Positions 47,592-57,785 of a stretch of DNA of 64,000 nucleotides are shown in pieces (the first letter of the stretch is position 1; each line of letters opens with the position of its first letter). Position numbers and translations under genes: made by a program. Origin of the DNA: a virus; the IMG/VR virus record IMGVR_UViG_3300025769_010106, positions 44,480-108,479 of that record. One strand, given 5' to 3'. Under the pieces are notes generated by a model, which saw only the letters and a program-made list of their open reading frames with translations, did not search any database and was not told the DNA's origin.

Positions 47592-50500
47592 TTAAAAGTC
47601 TGTTGGCAACAGATCTATGTTAAAAGGTAAGTTAGTTACTTTAGATCTGCCACCCAAATTAGTATTACTATCTAAATTAGTAATTGAACTGGGATCATCT
47701 TGCAACTGTTCACTTATCCTTCGCTGGTTGTCTAATTCTACTAGAGCAGGATCATCTTGCAAGGATTCACTTGTTGTAGGTACATTAGCACGTACTTTAG
47801 CACCCGCAGTTGATTTTACTTTAACAGGCGTAGCACCAAGACCATATCCTATCATGTTCGCTTCTTCTATATCTTTTTGTTCTTGAATAGCCCTTTGGTT
47901 ATCCAAATATTTGCCAGATTCTTTACTACGAACAACTGTATCTTTTACTGGCTGCATATGAGTTCTGAACCCTTCTAGTTTTTGAGAGAATATGCCTCCT
48001 GCAAAAGTAGTTTGTATTTCAACAATCTGATAAACTCCACTAAATTCACTCGTAGAATACTTACTATTGGTGTTTGGATTAGCTAGACCTGACAGATCAT
48101 CATAGTCAATTGGAGTTTTTAGATTAACCTGTATATAGGGAGGACTTAAATCATAATTTAATGTGTCGTCTGGCATGTAGGGAGTATTATACAGTTCCCT
48201 TCTTAGTTCTTTATCTTGCCAAAAACTATCCCCTGTAGGAATATATGCAGGATCTCCTACAACATCTAATTTTAACCCAATAAGATCAGTACCATCATGC
48301 ATTATTGTACTGAATAAATCTTTTGCACGTTTTTCTTCAACTGTTGTATCTGTTTTTAAGCTTTCACCTTCAGTACTTTTGGGTGTGGTCCTTATTTGAG
48401 GAGATGCAAAAGTGTCATGAGTTTTATTGTCTACAGGTACACCTGTTCCTAAAGTATGTGCCTGATAGTATGCCGTATCAAAATCTAATGCAAACCCTGT
48501 TACTTGTGTATTTTCACCAGTGAAAATATAATTGTAAATTTTATGAATACCCTGTCCCTTAGGTTTACTTGGAGGTGCCCATGGAAAATCACTGTAATAA
48601 ACGTCCGTGGGAACAATATCATATCTTATTTTAAAAGCATACCTGCCTGTTTTTTTATCCCAACCTATCACATCAATGATTTTGGGTTTAACTTTAAACC
48701 AAGAAATAGGCATATTTGTCTTACTAGTTTCATTTTTGTTATTTTCAATATCTTTTATTATATTTTTATTGATATAGTTGCTACTGACCACAATATGGGA
48801 TATAAGTTGAACCAAGTTTGTACCTCTGTTAATACGAAAAAGTTGTTTTGATTTGTCAATAGTTACAGAACCTTTTAACGCTTGTCCAAACTGTTTTGAT
48901 AAATTATCAATCTCAGTAGGCGTATTCTGCGGGTCAAACCTGTCAGGGACTATTTTTGCATTTAATATTTCTGGAGCAACTAAAAATGATATTTCATCAG
49001 CTAGCTCTATTTCGGCAGGAACCGTTGTAAAATTATTACGACTTGTTTTATTAGATTCACTATCGGGAACCTGCCTAGGTTTAGTCAAACTTTTATAGTA
49101 GTCGTTTATAGCATCTGCAATATTGGTACTTGATTTTCCCAATATAACTTGTGTTTCAGCCCTTAGAGCATCCTCCACATTAATTGCGTTACCACCACTT
49201 AAGGTCGCGGCGGCTATATTATTTTGAATATCCTGATCAGTATATTTTCTTTCGTTTGTAAATCCCTGTACACTTTTAGAAAAAATATCTCCAACATTAT
49301 TTGCTTGTATTTGAATATTGATTGGAATGGTTGAACGAATATTTTTAAACACATCCTGATGGTATGGTATACCCGCACATTTATAAGTAGCTCCTGATGC
49401 ATCAACACTAAATTTAATTTCCATTATTCTTATTGGAATGTATTTTGGTGCAATTAACTTATTAGACGGTTTACCATTATCATCATATCCCTTGAATGAT
49501 ATTTCCAAACAATAGGGAGTTTGTATGTAGTTTTGTTCTTCTTCCAAACTTTGTTTAGCTTGTTCTCTTAATCTATCTATTAAAGTCACACCACGTGGTT
49601 CAGTAATATCAAAAGTCACCTCAACTGTGTTTGTATTAGCGTTAAATTTACTAGGACTTGCGGCTGAATTAACTAATTTAAGGTTATCAATATAAAAATC
49701 TGTGTTAAATTCACTTGCCCTATCTGGATCTCCATCTACCCCACCACTTCTGCAAACTAAAAATTTTGGTATTTGAGAAAATGACTTTGGTGCACTCATA
49801 AGATTAACATATGTTTTGGGTGTTAGCATGTACAATGCAATGTTATAGGTATAACTAGCATAGTCGTCAAGTAAATTACGTTGAGGATCAATAGTTACAG
49901 ATCCAGGAGGCTTAACGAAGGCACGGTTATTAGATTCATCATTATTTGTGCTAGTTTTAGGAGTACCTACTTGAGAAGTCGTTGGCCGACCAAAACTATC
50001 TACACCTTCGTCATCAACTGGTATACCCTGATCATCATCTTTTGAATTTCCTCTTATTATTCTGTTTCCGTTAGTAATTTCTTCTTGTCTTGGGGGCACA
50101 CCTTGAGGGTCGTTTCCAAATCCAGAGTTATTGTTTGCACTATTTGGTTGTGGACCTGTACCAAATTCGCCTTGCTCAAGCAGCAGCTTTTCCTGTGCGG
50201 TTAACACCCCAGGTTGAGGATCAAAAGGGCCAGTATCCTCTTCATTATTGCCTATAGCTGTGTCTAATGGGTTAATAGTAGGTGCACCACCAAATTCACC
50301 TTGAGGGTCGTTTCCAAATTCAAAGTTATTGTTTGCAGTATTTTCCCCTGCTGCCACAGAAGATCCACCACTACTAATTGATGGCCAATCTGGCGATATA
50401 CCAAAAACTGCGTCACCACCCAACTCAATCGCAGGAAGTTGTGAAGCTACTGACTGTTTAACAGTTCTTATACTGCTAGCAAAAACTGGATGTGTTTCCT

Positions 50501-50786
50501 GTTGTATTGTTTGTACACGTGGATCTAAAATATCATTACTATTAACAAGAAAATATCCCTCAGGTAGGTTGGGGTCATCTTGTACTCTATCTTCTCCTAA
50601 AACGTTTTTAAGTTCCTGTTTTTGAGGCTGGTAAAGTTTTTGTACTTCTACCTTGGACCAATCTCTAGCAATAGTAAGCTGTCGATCAGCTTCAGCGGCG
50701 GCGAGGGCACGGCCCAGCGGCCCTTGAACTTCATTAGCTTCTAAAACTTTAAAAATACCTTGAGGGGTTATTATTGTTTTCGCCAT
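47592..50786 (-). CDS. putative baseplate hub protein (gp27-like)
   Basis: FDITEPRG, LEISFKGY, VVGDPAY, FSGVYQIVEIQTTF; lies between gp53- and gp5-like genes. Confidence 0.6.
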   Translation of the reverse strand: MAKTIITPQGIFKVLEANEVQGPLGRALAAAEADRQLTIARDWSKVEVQKLYQPQKQELKNVLGEDRVQDDPNLPEGYFLVNSNDILDPRVQTIQQETHPVFASSIRTVKQSVASQLPAIELGGDAVFGISPDWPSISSGGSSVAAGENTANNNFEFGNDPQGEFGGAPTINPLDTAIGNNEEDTGPFDPQPGVLTAQEKLLLEQGEFGTGPQPNSANNNSGFGNDPQGVPPRQEEITNGNRIIRGNSKDDDQGIPVDDEGVDSFGRPTTSQVGTPKTSTNNDESNNRAFVKPPGSVTIDPQRNLLDDYASYTYNIALYMLTPKTYVNLMSAPKSFSQIPKFLVCRSGGVDGDPDRASEFNTDFYIDNLKLVNSAASPSKFNANTNTVEVTFDITEPRGVTLIDRLREQAKQSLEEEQNYIQTPYCLEISFKGYDDNGKPSNKLIAPKYIPIRIMEIKFSVDASGATYKCAGIPYHQDVFKNIRSTIPINIQIQANNVGDIFSKSVQGFTNERKYTDQDIQNNIAAATLSGGNAINVEDALRAETQVILGKSSTNIADAINDYYKSLTKPRQVPDSESNKTSRNNFTTVPAEIELADEISFLVAPEILNAKIVPDRFDPQNTPTEIDNLSKQFGQALKGSVTIDKSKQLFRINRGTNLVQLISHIVVSSNYINKNIIKDIENNKNETSKTNMPISWFKVKPKIIDVIGWDKKTGRYAFKIRYDIVPTDVYYSDFPWAPPSKPKGQGIHKIYNYIFTGENTQVTGFALDFDTAYYQAHTLGTGVPVDNKTHDTFASPQIRTTPKSTEGESLKTDTTVEEKRAKDLFSTIMHDGTDLIGLKLDVVGDPAYIPTGDSFWQDKELRRELYNTPYMPDDTLNYDLSPPYIQVNLKTPIDYDDLSGLANPNTNSKYSTSEFSGVYQIVEIQTTFAGGIFSQKLEGFRTHMQPVKDTVVRSKESGKYLDNQRAIQEQKDIEEANMIGYGLGATPVKVKSTAGAKVRANVPTTSESLQDDPALVELDNQRRISEQLQDDPSSITNLDSNTNLGGRSKVTNLPFNIDLLPTDF
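50100..50337 (-). repeat. intragenic 40-nt direct repeat (ANNNxxFGNDPQG x2)
   Basis: 50100-50139 vs 50298-50337, 198-nt spacing. Confidence 0.8.
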
Positions 50787-50796
50787 GTTTTACCCT

Positions 50797-51102
50797 TCAT
50801 AGACCCAGGGCTCTTTGTATATTCTGTTGTTTAGGTATAAAAAATTTTGTTCCTTGTGTAAAGTCAAAAACTGGATCTTCAAAAACATTAGGATTTCGCG
50901 AAATGAATACCCACCATAAATTGGAATTTCCATACAAATCCGCTGCTAATAGATCTGGCCTAAACTCATATAGTTTATCTAATGTGTATATTACATCATC
51001 TTTTTCAGCGGGAATAGATCTATATTCAAGGATATCTAAATAGTCATTGTTAACAATGTCTGTGTTAAAATATTGGCTATCAGGTGTATATTGAGTAACC
51101 AT
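50797..51102 (-). CDS. gp53: baseplate wedge subunit, gp53-like (LysM-like)
   Basis: RPDLLAADLYGNSNLWWVF. Confidence 0.85.
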   Translation of the reverse strand: MVTQYTPDSQYFNTDIVNNDYLDILEYRSIPAEKDDVIYTLDKLYEFRPDLLAADLYGNSNLWWVFISRNPNVFEDPVFDFTQGTKFFIPKQQNIQRALGL

Positions 51103-51920
51103 TATAAAGTTCCTCCTCTACCTTTAGAACTACCAATCAAATCACCTCTAGCATATTTTTCAAGACTAAATTCAGTTTGTTGTTTTCTTGAGTACACTGG
51201 TGATAGTGTTACGTTTACAGTCATTAATGTTGGGACATAGGATATGTCTTGAAGATTTTCATCAGGGTTCAATCCTGTTGCCATATAATCTACGCCACTT
51301 TCAAAATCCTGACTGAACTGAGAAACCACAACTGGCACGCTATTAAACATATAGGGTCCATAAGCACTAAAACGAAAAACAGGCGGCGGCGTGCCTTTAA
51401 GTTGGTCTTGGCCAAAAAACATTTTATTAGATGATCTTAAAAAATTTATTACCGCCAGTACATAACGTGCTTCTTCTGATGTATTTGCTGTGAATTGTCC
51501 TATAACAGTTATATCATTTGTAACACTGTTGTTATAGCTTTGTTGATTAAAATTGCTGTGTGTTGGATTTATTGGCGTATATATTGCACTATAACTTGAG
51601 TTTATAGTTGGAGTATAAGGCCACACTACACCACCTGAATCTGCCAAGGGTTTAAGTAATATATTATTTGGATCCTTATAAAGAATATTGCCACTACCCG
51701 GACTTAATGTTAACCTAGCACGGGGATCTAAAGAATTCGCAAACCGTGCATTCGTAGTCTGACCATTGGTTCTAGTTTGTTCAGATACACTAGCACCACC
51801 TGAATGCAATCCTGCTGTAGCTAGTCGCTGATCACGGGGGGTAAGGGCTCGTACAACTTTTTGTATGGTGCCACCTAATGTACTGCGAGGTGTAGTAGGC
51901 GGAGAATTAGGGGGTAGCAT
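51102..51920 (-). CDS. tail tube initiator-like protein (gp48/gp54 type)
   Basis: WPYTPTI, GTPPPVFRFSAYG, VPVVV; ATG at 51920 with AAGGAAG SD and late promoter upstream. Confidence 0.65.
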   Translation of the reverse strand: MLPPNSPPTTPRSTLGGTIQKVVRALTPRDQRLATAGLHSGGASVSEQTRTNGQTTNARFANSLDPRARLTLSPGSGNILYKDPNNILLKPLADSGGVVWPYTPTINSSYSAIYTPINPTHSNFNQQSYNNSVTNDITVIGQFTANTSEEARYVLAVINFLRSSNKMFFGQDQLKGTPPPVFRFSAYGPYMFNSVPVVVSQFSQDFESGVDYMATGLNPDENLQDISYVPTLMTVNVTLSPVYSRKQQTEFSLEKYARGDLIGSSKGRGGTL

Positions 51921-51936
51921 TTTTCTTCCTTTTATA

Positions 51937-51965
51937 TTGTTATAAGTATTTATAGGCTGTATAAT
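51937..51965. promoter_or_regulatory. overlapping divergent promoters: late TATAAATA (- strand, 51947-51954) and sigma70-like TTGTTA-17-TATAAT (+ strand) for gp55
   Basis: Motifs read directly in the 69-nt divergent gap. Confidence 0.65.
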
Positions 51966-51989
51966 GTACATAGTTTTTAAGGAAGGTAC

Positions 51990-52784
51990 ATGAAGACTAG
52001 GAAATATCTAAACAATAGAGACTTGTTAAAAGAAATACACATAAGCAAAAATAGCTATTGTAGTTTTACATCTGAAGAATATAATATATATGATATCATT
52101 CTCCCTAACATTGATAAGATTAATATTAAATCAGTAGCCCAGGCAAAACGCAATCATGCAGATAGGTTATCAAAGCAGGCCTATGAACAAGCTATTAATG
52201 AAGGCAAAAAAGTAAAACAAGCAGATTTTTTAATTAATTGGAAAAAAATAAAAAAAACAGATCTAATCTTTCGTATTATGACGTTTGATCATATACCACT
52301 ACAGCCAGGTCGCAAAAAGAAACCTAAGATTACTTCAGATCACCATACCCAAGTTAATTTCAAACCATTTCAACACTTTAAGTTTAATGATAATAATGAA
52401 CTTATTTGTGTTGGTAAGAGTCACTGGATAGGAGGAATGGAAAATGGCTATTTTAGTAAAGATCATGGACAACTAACAAATACTCTATCAATGATGTTTC
52501 TTAAATTGGTAGAACGTTATGCGACTCGCTATAATTGGCGCGGTTATACTTATAATGATGAAATGCAGGGCGCTGCTCTAGTACAACTATGCCAGGTAGG
52601 ATTACAGTTTAATGAATCGCTAAGTCAAAACCCATTTGCTTACTATACTGCCACCATTACTAATAGTTTTACACGAGTGCTAAATCTAGAAAAGAAAAGT
52701 CAAAATATTAGAGACGATATATTAGAACAAAACGGACTTACTCCAAGTTATACTAGGCAAGCACAATCAAGCTCAGAAAAATAA
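51990..52784 (+). CDS. gp55: late-transcription sigma factor, T4 gp55-like
   Basis: YLNNRDLL, NWRGYTYNDEM, NPFAYYT..NSF..EKK; adjacent to gp47. Confidence 0.88.
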   Translation: MKTRKYLNNRDLLKEIHISKNSYCSFTSEEYNIYDIILPNIDKINIKSVAQAKRNHADRLSKQAYEQAINEGKKVKQADFLINWKKIKKTDLIFRIMTFDHIPLQPGRKKKPKITSDHHTQVNFKPFQHFKFNDNNELICVGKSHWIGGMENGYFSKDHGQLTNTLSMMFLKLVERYATRYNWRGYTYNDEMQGAALVQLCQVGLQFNESLSQNPFAYYTATITNSFTRVLNLEKKSQNIRDDILEQNGLTPSYTRQAQSSSEK

Positions 52785-52787
52785 AAT

Positions 52788-53801
52788 ATGTCAAATCTTT
52801 TTAAGCGGGCAATATTCTTTACAGACATTCACTTCGGTCTAAAGTCCAACAGTAAGACACACAACCAGGACTGTTTGAACTTTATTGACTTTGTTATTGA
52901 ACAAGGTAAAGCCAACAACTGCGAAACGTGTGTATTCTTAGGCGACTGGCATCATAACCGTGCCAGTCTAAACATCAGCACACTAAACTACAGTGTTCGT
53001 GCATTTGATAAGCTAAGTGAAAGTTTTGCACAGGTGGTATTCCTTCCTGGCAATCATGATGAGCACTATCGTGATACACGAGAAATGAACAGTGTAGTGT
53101 GGGCTAAGAAGTGGGACAATGTTCGGCTGTTTGATGACATCACAGAAGAAGGCGATGTCTGTGTTATGCCCTGGCTAGTTGGCAAAGAGTTTGCTAGGGT
53201 TCCTAAGATTGAAGCCAAGTATATGTTTGGTCATTTGGAACTGCCCAACTTCTACATGAACGCAATGGTGCGTATGCCAGACGTGGGTGAACTCAAGCGT
53301 GAAGATCTCAAGTGTGAGACAGTATTTACTGGGCACTTCCACAAGCGACAGAATCATAAGAATATCACATACATTGGTAATGCGTTTCCTCACAACTATG
53401 CTGATACTGGTGATGATGAGCGTGGCGTAATGATCCTGCCCTGGGGCGGAGAAGCAGAGTACGTTGCTTGGCCCGATGCTCCCAAGTACAGACGCTACAT
53501 GTTAAGTGATTTATTAGCAAACACAGACAATCTCCTAAAACCCAACATGTATTGTCGTGTTGAGCTTGACATTGATATTAGTTATGAAGAATCAAACTTT
53601 ATTAAGGAACAGTTTATCCCAGAGTTTGGTATACGTGAACTAAGCCTTATTCCTCGTGTGGGAGAAGAGGAACACGCACAGGAGTTTGAGGGCGAAGTTA
53701 ACTTTGAAAGTGTGGATAGTATTGTTACATCACACCTGACTCAGTTAGATAGTCCACAGTATGACAAAACTCTTATGTTAGACATTTACCAAAATCTATG
53801 A
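52788..53801 (+). CDS. gp47: recombination endonuclease, Mre11/SbcD-like
   Basis: DIHFG, LGDWHH, GNHD, GHLE, GHFH. Confidence 0.93.
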   Translation: MSNLFKRAIFFTDIHFGLKSNSKTHNQDCLNFIDFVIEQGKANNCETCVFLGDWHHNRASLNISTLNYSVRAFDKLSESFAQVVFLPGNHDEHYRDTREMNSVVWAKKWDNVRLFDDITEEGDVCVMPWLVGKEFARVPKIEAKYMFGHLELPNFYMNAMVRMPDVGELKREDLKCETVFTGHFHKRQNHKNITYIGNAFPHNYADTGDDERGVMILPWGGEAEYVAWPDAPKYRRYMLSDLLANTDNLLKPNMYCRVELDIDISYEESNFIKEQFIPEFGIRELSLIPRVGEEEHAQEFEGEVNFESVDSIVTSHLTQLDSPQYDKTLMLDIYQNL

Positions 53802-54268
53802 TAGTGGGCATTACAGGCGCTAGCAGAGGGTTAGGCAAGGCTATTGCTGACTATTGTGCTAGCGCAGGAAACACAGTAAGAAGATGGGATAGTTCTACTG
53901 ACTTACGAATATGGAATAATAGACAGTATATTATTAAGCAATCAGCTGATGTAGATATATTTTTCAGCGTAGCCAAACCTGACTTTACACAAACAGAACT
54001 ACTATTTGAATGGTGGAGTGAATATCAGGACAAACTTTTTATAAGTATTGGTAGCAAAGTAGTAAACTACAACTTGTGGGGAGATGATATCCATATGAAA
54101 AGATATCATACTCAAAAAATAAGCCTTCAACATGCTACTAGACAAATCAAGAGTCCCCTGGCAATTATAATCAATCCAGGACACTTGTATAACGGTGACA
54201 ACTACAACTATGATGAACTTTTAGTGTGGTGTGATCAACACATTAAAGAATATGTAAATGGATCCTAA
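53798..54268 (+). CDS. short-chain dehydrogenase/reductase (compact)
   Basis: ITGASRGLG, SIGS, YHTQK (YxxxK), INPG. Confidence 0.8.
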   Translation: MIVGITGASRGLGKAIADYCASAGNTVRRWDSSTDLRIWNNRQYIIKQSADVDIFFSVAKPDFTQTELLFEWWSEYQDKLFISIGSKVVNYNLWGDDIHMKRYHTQKISLQHATRQIKSPLAIIINPGHLYNGDNYNYDELLVWCDQHIKEYVNGS

Positions 54269-55403
54269 GACTTACTTCTACAATAAAACCTTATGCCCGG
54301 CCGCATGGAATAATTTTTATATTGATCCTGCGGGTTCAGTGCGTACATGTTCAATTGGTAAAACAGAGCTAGGAAACATAAACACAAATACATTTGATGA
54401 AATACTTAAATCTAAAGAGTCAGTTAAGATTAGGCAGGCAATGATTGACGGCTACTTGCCTGATCAATGTATTGATTGTATTAACTTAGAAAAGAATAAT
54501 AAAAACGCATTTAGTGCTAGAATGCACTATAGAAAAACTATTACAGATACTAATAATCTATTAGATTACGACAAAGCTGAAGGTGAGTTCGCAATCACAG
54601 GTTTTGACATAAGACAAACCAATACTTGCCAGAATGCCTGCGTATATTGTGGTCCGCTACTGAGTAGCAAGTTCGCAAGTGAAATGGAAAAGTTTCCTAG
54701 AATCACGTCAGAAGAAAATCTAAAAAGTTTAAGTGAATTCATTATTAACAACCTTCTAAATCTAAAAGAGATATATTTTGCTGGTGGTGAACCACTTATT
54801 ATTAAATCCAACCTGAGAATACTGGAAGAATTATATAAATGTAACCCTAGCTGTAAAGTAAGAATAAATTCTAATATTATGGATATTGATAACAGTATCT
54901 ACGCACAAAGTTTAAAGTTCAAAAATCTACAATATACTATAAGCGTAGACAGTATAACAGACCAATATGAATATATTAGATGGCCAAGTAAGTGGCAACG
55001 GTTTCTAACTAACCTAGACCGTGTTATGTCTGATGTTCCAAGATACAACTTTAATATGGTGTTGAACATTCTCAATTGGGATAGCTTGCTTGATACTATA
55101 TCCTTGCTATTAGATAAAGGCATAAGTGAGAACGCTTTCATTATTACACACGCAACTATGCCTAGACAGTTAAACATTAACAATCTTAATAATGATCAAC
55201 TGGATCATTTTGTTCAAAAAACGAAAGCCTTTTTAAGTAATCTTGATACTGAACTATTTCTATATCACAGTCTTGTTGGTTGTGTAAACTTTGTTGACAA
55301 AAGGTTTCCAAAAGATATAGACAAAACGCGAAGCTATTTAAAACAAACAGATGCTAGGCGAAATTTGAACAGTCAAGCTCTTTTCCCTTACATTTATAAT
55401 TGA
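54258..55403 (+). CDS. radical SAM enzyme with N-terminal twitch domain
   Basis: CQNACVYC, AGGEPL, INSN, ISVD; CPAAW..RTC..CIDC. Confidence 0.9.
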   Translation: MDPKTYFYNKTLCPAAWNNFYIDPAGSVRTCSIGKTELGNINTNTFDEILKSKESVKIRQAMIDGYLPDQCIDCINLEKNNKNAFSARMHYRKTITDTNNLLDYDKAEGEFAITGFDIRQTNTCQNACVYCGPLLSSKFASEMEKFPRITSEENLKSLSEFIINNLLNLKEIYFAGGEPLIIKSNLRILEELYKCNPSCKVRINSNIMDIDNSIYAQSLKFKNLQYTISVDSITDQYEYIRWPSKWQRFLTNLDRVMSDVPRYNFNMVLNILNWDSLLDTISLLLDKGISENAFIITHATMPRQLNINNLNNDQLDHFVQKTKAFLSNLDTELFLYHSLVGCVNFVDKRFPKDIDKTRSYLKQTDARRNLNSQALFPYIYN

Positions 55404-55429
55404 CCCTAGGCTTCAAACCGTAGTATAAT
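55400..55429 (+). promoter_or_regulatory. sigma70-type promoter of gp46 (probably leaderless transcript)
   Basis: TTGACC-18-TATAAT, ATG 5 nt later, no SD. Confidence 0.65.
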
Positions 55430-55434
55430 ATAAT

Positions 55435-57192
55435 ATGTTTCAGTTAAATACGTTAACCGTTAAGAATTTCATGTCGGTTGGAAATCAGACCCAGGCTGTC
55501 GATTTTAACAGACGTGATCTCACTCTTGTGCTTGGTGAAAACTTAGATCAAGGAGGTGATGATTCTGGCGCCAGAAATGGCACGGGTAAAACCACAATCA
55601 TCAATGCACTGAGTTATGCTCTCTACGGCCAAGCTCTTACTAATATCAAGCGTGACAACTTGATTAACAAGACCAACGGTAAGAACATGTTGGTCACTGT
55701 AGACTTCGAGCTAAACGGTACACGCTATCATATCGAACGTGGACGTAAACCCAATGTACTAAAACTACAAGTGGGTGATGCTGAGATTGAAGAGCAACAG
55801 GGCGATAGCAGAGAAACACAGTCTGCTATTGAAAAGATGTTGAACATGAGTCACGAAATGTTCAAACACCTTGTTGCTCTCAACACCTATACGCAACCGT
55901 TCCTAAGCCTAAGTGCTAGTGACCAGCGTGATATTATTGAACAGATGCTGGGCATTACCATGCTTAGTGAGAAGGCAGAAAAACTAAAGGAACTTGGCAA
56001 GCAGACTAAGGATATGATTACTGAAGAAGAATATCGTATCAAAGCAGTTGAGGATGCTAACAAACGTATCGAAGAGCAGATTGACAGTCTAAAGAAACGT
56101 CAGCGCCTTTGGCATGCTAAACGTGATGAAGACGTAAAAAAGTTGCAGTCAGGTATCGAAGATCTAGCACATATTGATATTGATAGTGAACTTGCTAATC
56201 ATAAACTGCTGGAAGATTTTTATGTACAAAAGAAAAGGCGAGAAGAAGCAGAGCGTTGGATTAGTAGCATTGATAGTGACAATGACAAGCAGAATAAACT
56301 TATTGGTAAACTAGATAAAGAAATTAGTTTACTTGAAGAACACAAGTGTCATGCTTGTGGGCAGGATATTCATGATACTACGCAGGAAGAAATTCTAGCC
56401 AGTAAGCAGGAACAGAAGCGGGAAGCTGCAATGCAGATACTTGCTAACGAAACTCAACGTGTTGAACATTTGGATGTATTGCGAGAGGGCGAGCTTGGTG
56501 TTGCTCCGCAGGTGTTTTACGATACCATCGACGATGCTTATAATCATCGTACCACAGTTGCAAGTTTGGAAAAGGAACTAGCCAAGCGTACAGAAGATGA
56601 AGACCCTTACAGTGAGCAGATTGAGGAAATGGAAAGTCAGGGTATTGAGCAGGTAAGTTGGGATACTATCAACGAACTTGCTAGACTCCGTGACCACCAG
56701 GACTTCCTACTAAAACTGCTAACCAACAAAGACAGTTTCATACGTAAACGCATTATAGACCAGAATCTACAGTTCCTTAATGCACGGTTAACCTACTACT
56801 TGGGACACATGGGTTTATCACATACTGTTCGTTTTATGAACGATCTAACAGTAGAAATACAGGAACTAGGCCGTGACTTGGACTTTGATAATCTCAGTAG
56901 AGGCGAACGAAATAGACTGATTTTAAGTTTGAGCTGGGCGTTCCGTGATGTATGGGAAAGTCTATATCATCCAATCAATCTATTATTCATTGACGAGGTT
57001 GTTGACAGTGGCATGGACGCTAGCGGTGTTGAAAATGCACTTGCAGCCCTAAAGAAGATGAGCAGAGATCGTAATAAGAGTGTATGGCTGGTTAGTCATA
57101 AAGATGAACTTGGCGGGCGTGTTAACAATATCCTTAAGGTTGTTAAGGAAAATGGATTCACTAGTTACGAGACGGATGTAGAAGTGGTATGA
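55435..57192 (+). CDS. gp46: recombination ATPase, Rad50/SbcC-like
   Basis: NFMS, NGTGKTT Walker A, CHAC zinc hook, LSRGE signature, FIDE Walker B, VSH. Confidence 0.95.
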   Translation: MFQLNTLTVKNFMSVGNQTQAVDFNRRDLTLVLGENLDQGGDDSGARNGTGKTTIINALSYALYGQALTNIKRDNLINKTNGKNMLVTVDFELNGTRYHIERGRKPNVLKLQVGDAEIEEQQGDSRETQSAIEKMLNMSHEMFKHLVALNTYTQPFLSLSASDQRDIIEQMLGITMLSEKAEKLKELGKQTKDMITEEEYRIKAVEDANKRIEEQIDSLKKRQRLWHAKRDEDVKKLQSGIEDLAHIDIDSELANHKLLEDFYVQKKRREEAERWISSIDSDNDKQNKLIGKLDKEISLLEEHKCHACGQDIHDTTQEEILASKQEQKREAAMQILANETQRVEHLDVLREGELGVAPQVFYDTIDDAYNHRTTVASLEKELAKRTEDEDPYSEQIEEMESQGIEQVSWDTINELARLRDHQDFLLKLLTNKDSFIRKRIIDQNLQFLNARLTYYLGHMGLSHTVRFMNDLTVEIQELGRDLDFDNLSRGERNRLILSLSWAFRDVWESLYHPINLLFIDEVVDSGMDASGVENALAALKKMSRDRNKSVWLVSHKDELGGRVNNILKVVKENGFTSYETDVEVV

Positions 57193-57785
57193 AAGCATTA
57201 ATAACAGGAACATCAAGTGGTGTTGGATCTAATATCCACAAATTTGTAGATTGGAATATTACAAATTTAACAAGAAAAACTGTAGACTTAGATTACCCCC
57301 AGAGCATCACAGAGGCACAGATCCCATATGCGGATATTGTTATTAATAATGCCGGGCATGATCTCGGTGGGAAAGTTCTTTTTGCAGATCATAAATTTGA
57401 TCATTGGCAACGCATTTTAAACACTAATTTAGTGAGTGCGATGCGCATTACACAATTGGCATTACAAAAAAATCCCAACCTAATAGTTGTTAATATCACA
57501 AGTACAAACAATGACAAGTATTGGGGTAACGATCTTGTGTATAGTTTGAGCAAAGTTGCGCTGGAACACTTTGGAAAAATGCTTAAAATAGATTACCCTG
57601 ATGTAGTAGTAAAAGAAGTAAGACTTGGACTTACCAAAACAGAATTTAATAATAACAGGTACAAAGAAAACCACAAGCCTGTTGATGACCTTTATTCAAT
57701 GCCTTGCTTAGACCCTGTTTTGGTTGCAAATAAAATTGTTGATTTTATAAACAGTCATGAAAATTTTATTAGGATACAACCATGA
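57189..57785 (+). CDS. short-chain dehydrogenase/reductase
   Basis: ITGTSSGVG, NNAG, NITS, YSLSK. Confidence 0.88.
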   Translation: MKALITGTSSGVGSNIHKFVDWNITNLTRKTVDLDYPQSITEAQIPYADIVINNAGHDLGGKVLFADHKFDHWQRILNTNLVSAMRITQLALQKNPNLIVVNITSTNNDKYWGNDLVYSLSKVALEHFGKMLKIDYPDVVVKEVRLGLTKTEFNNNRYKENHKPVDDLYSMPCLDPVLVANKIVDFINSHENFIRIQP

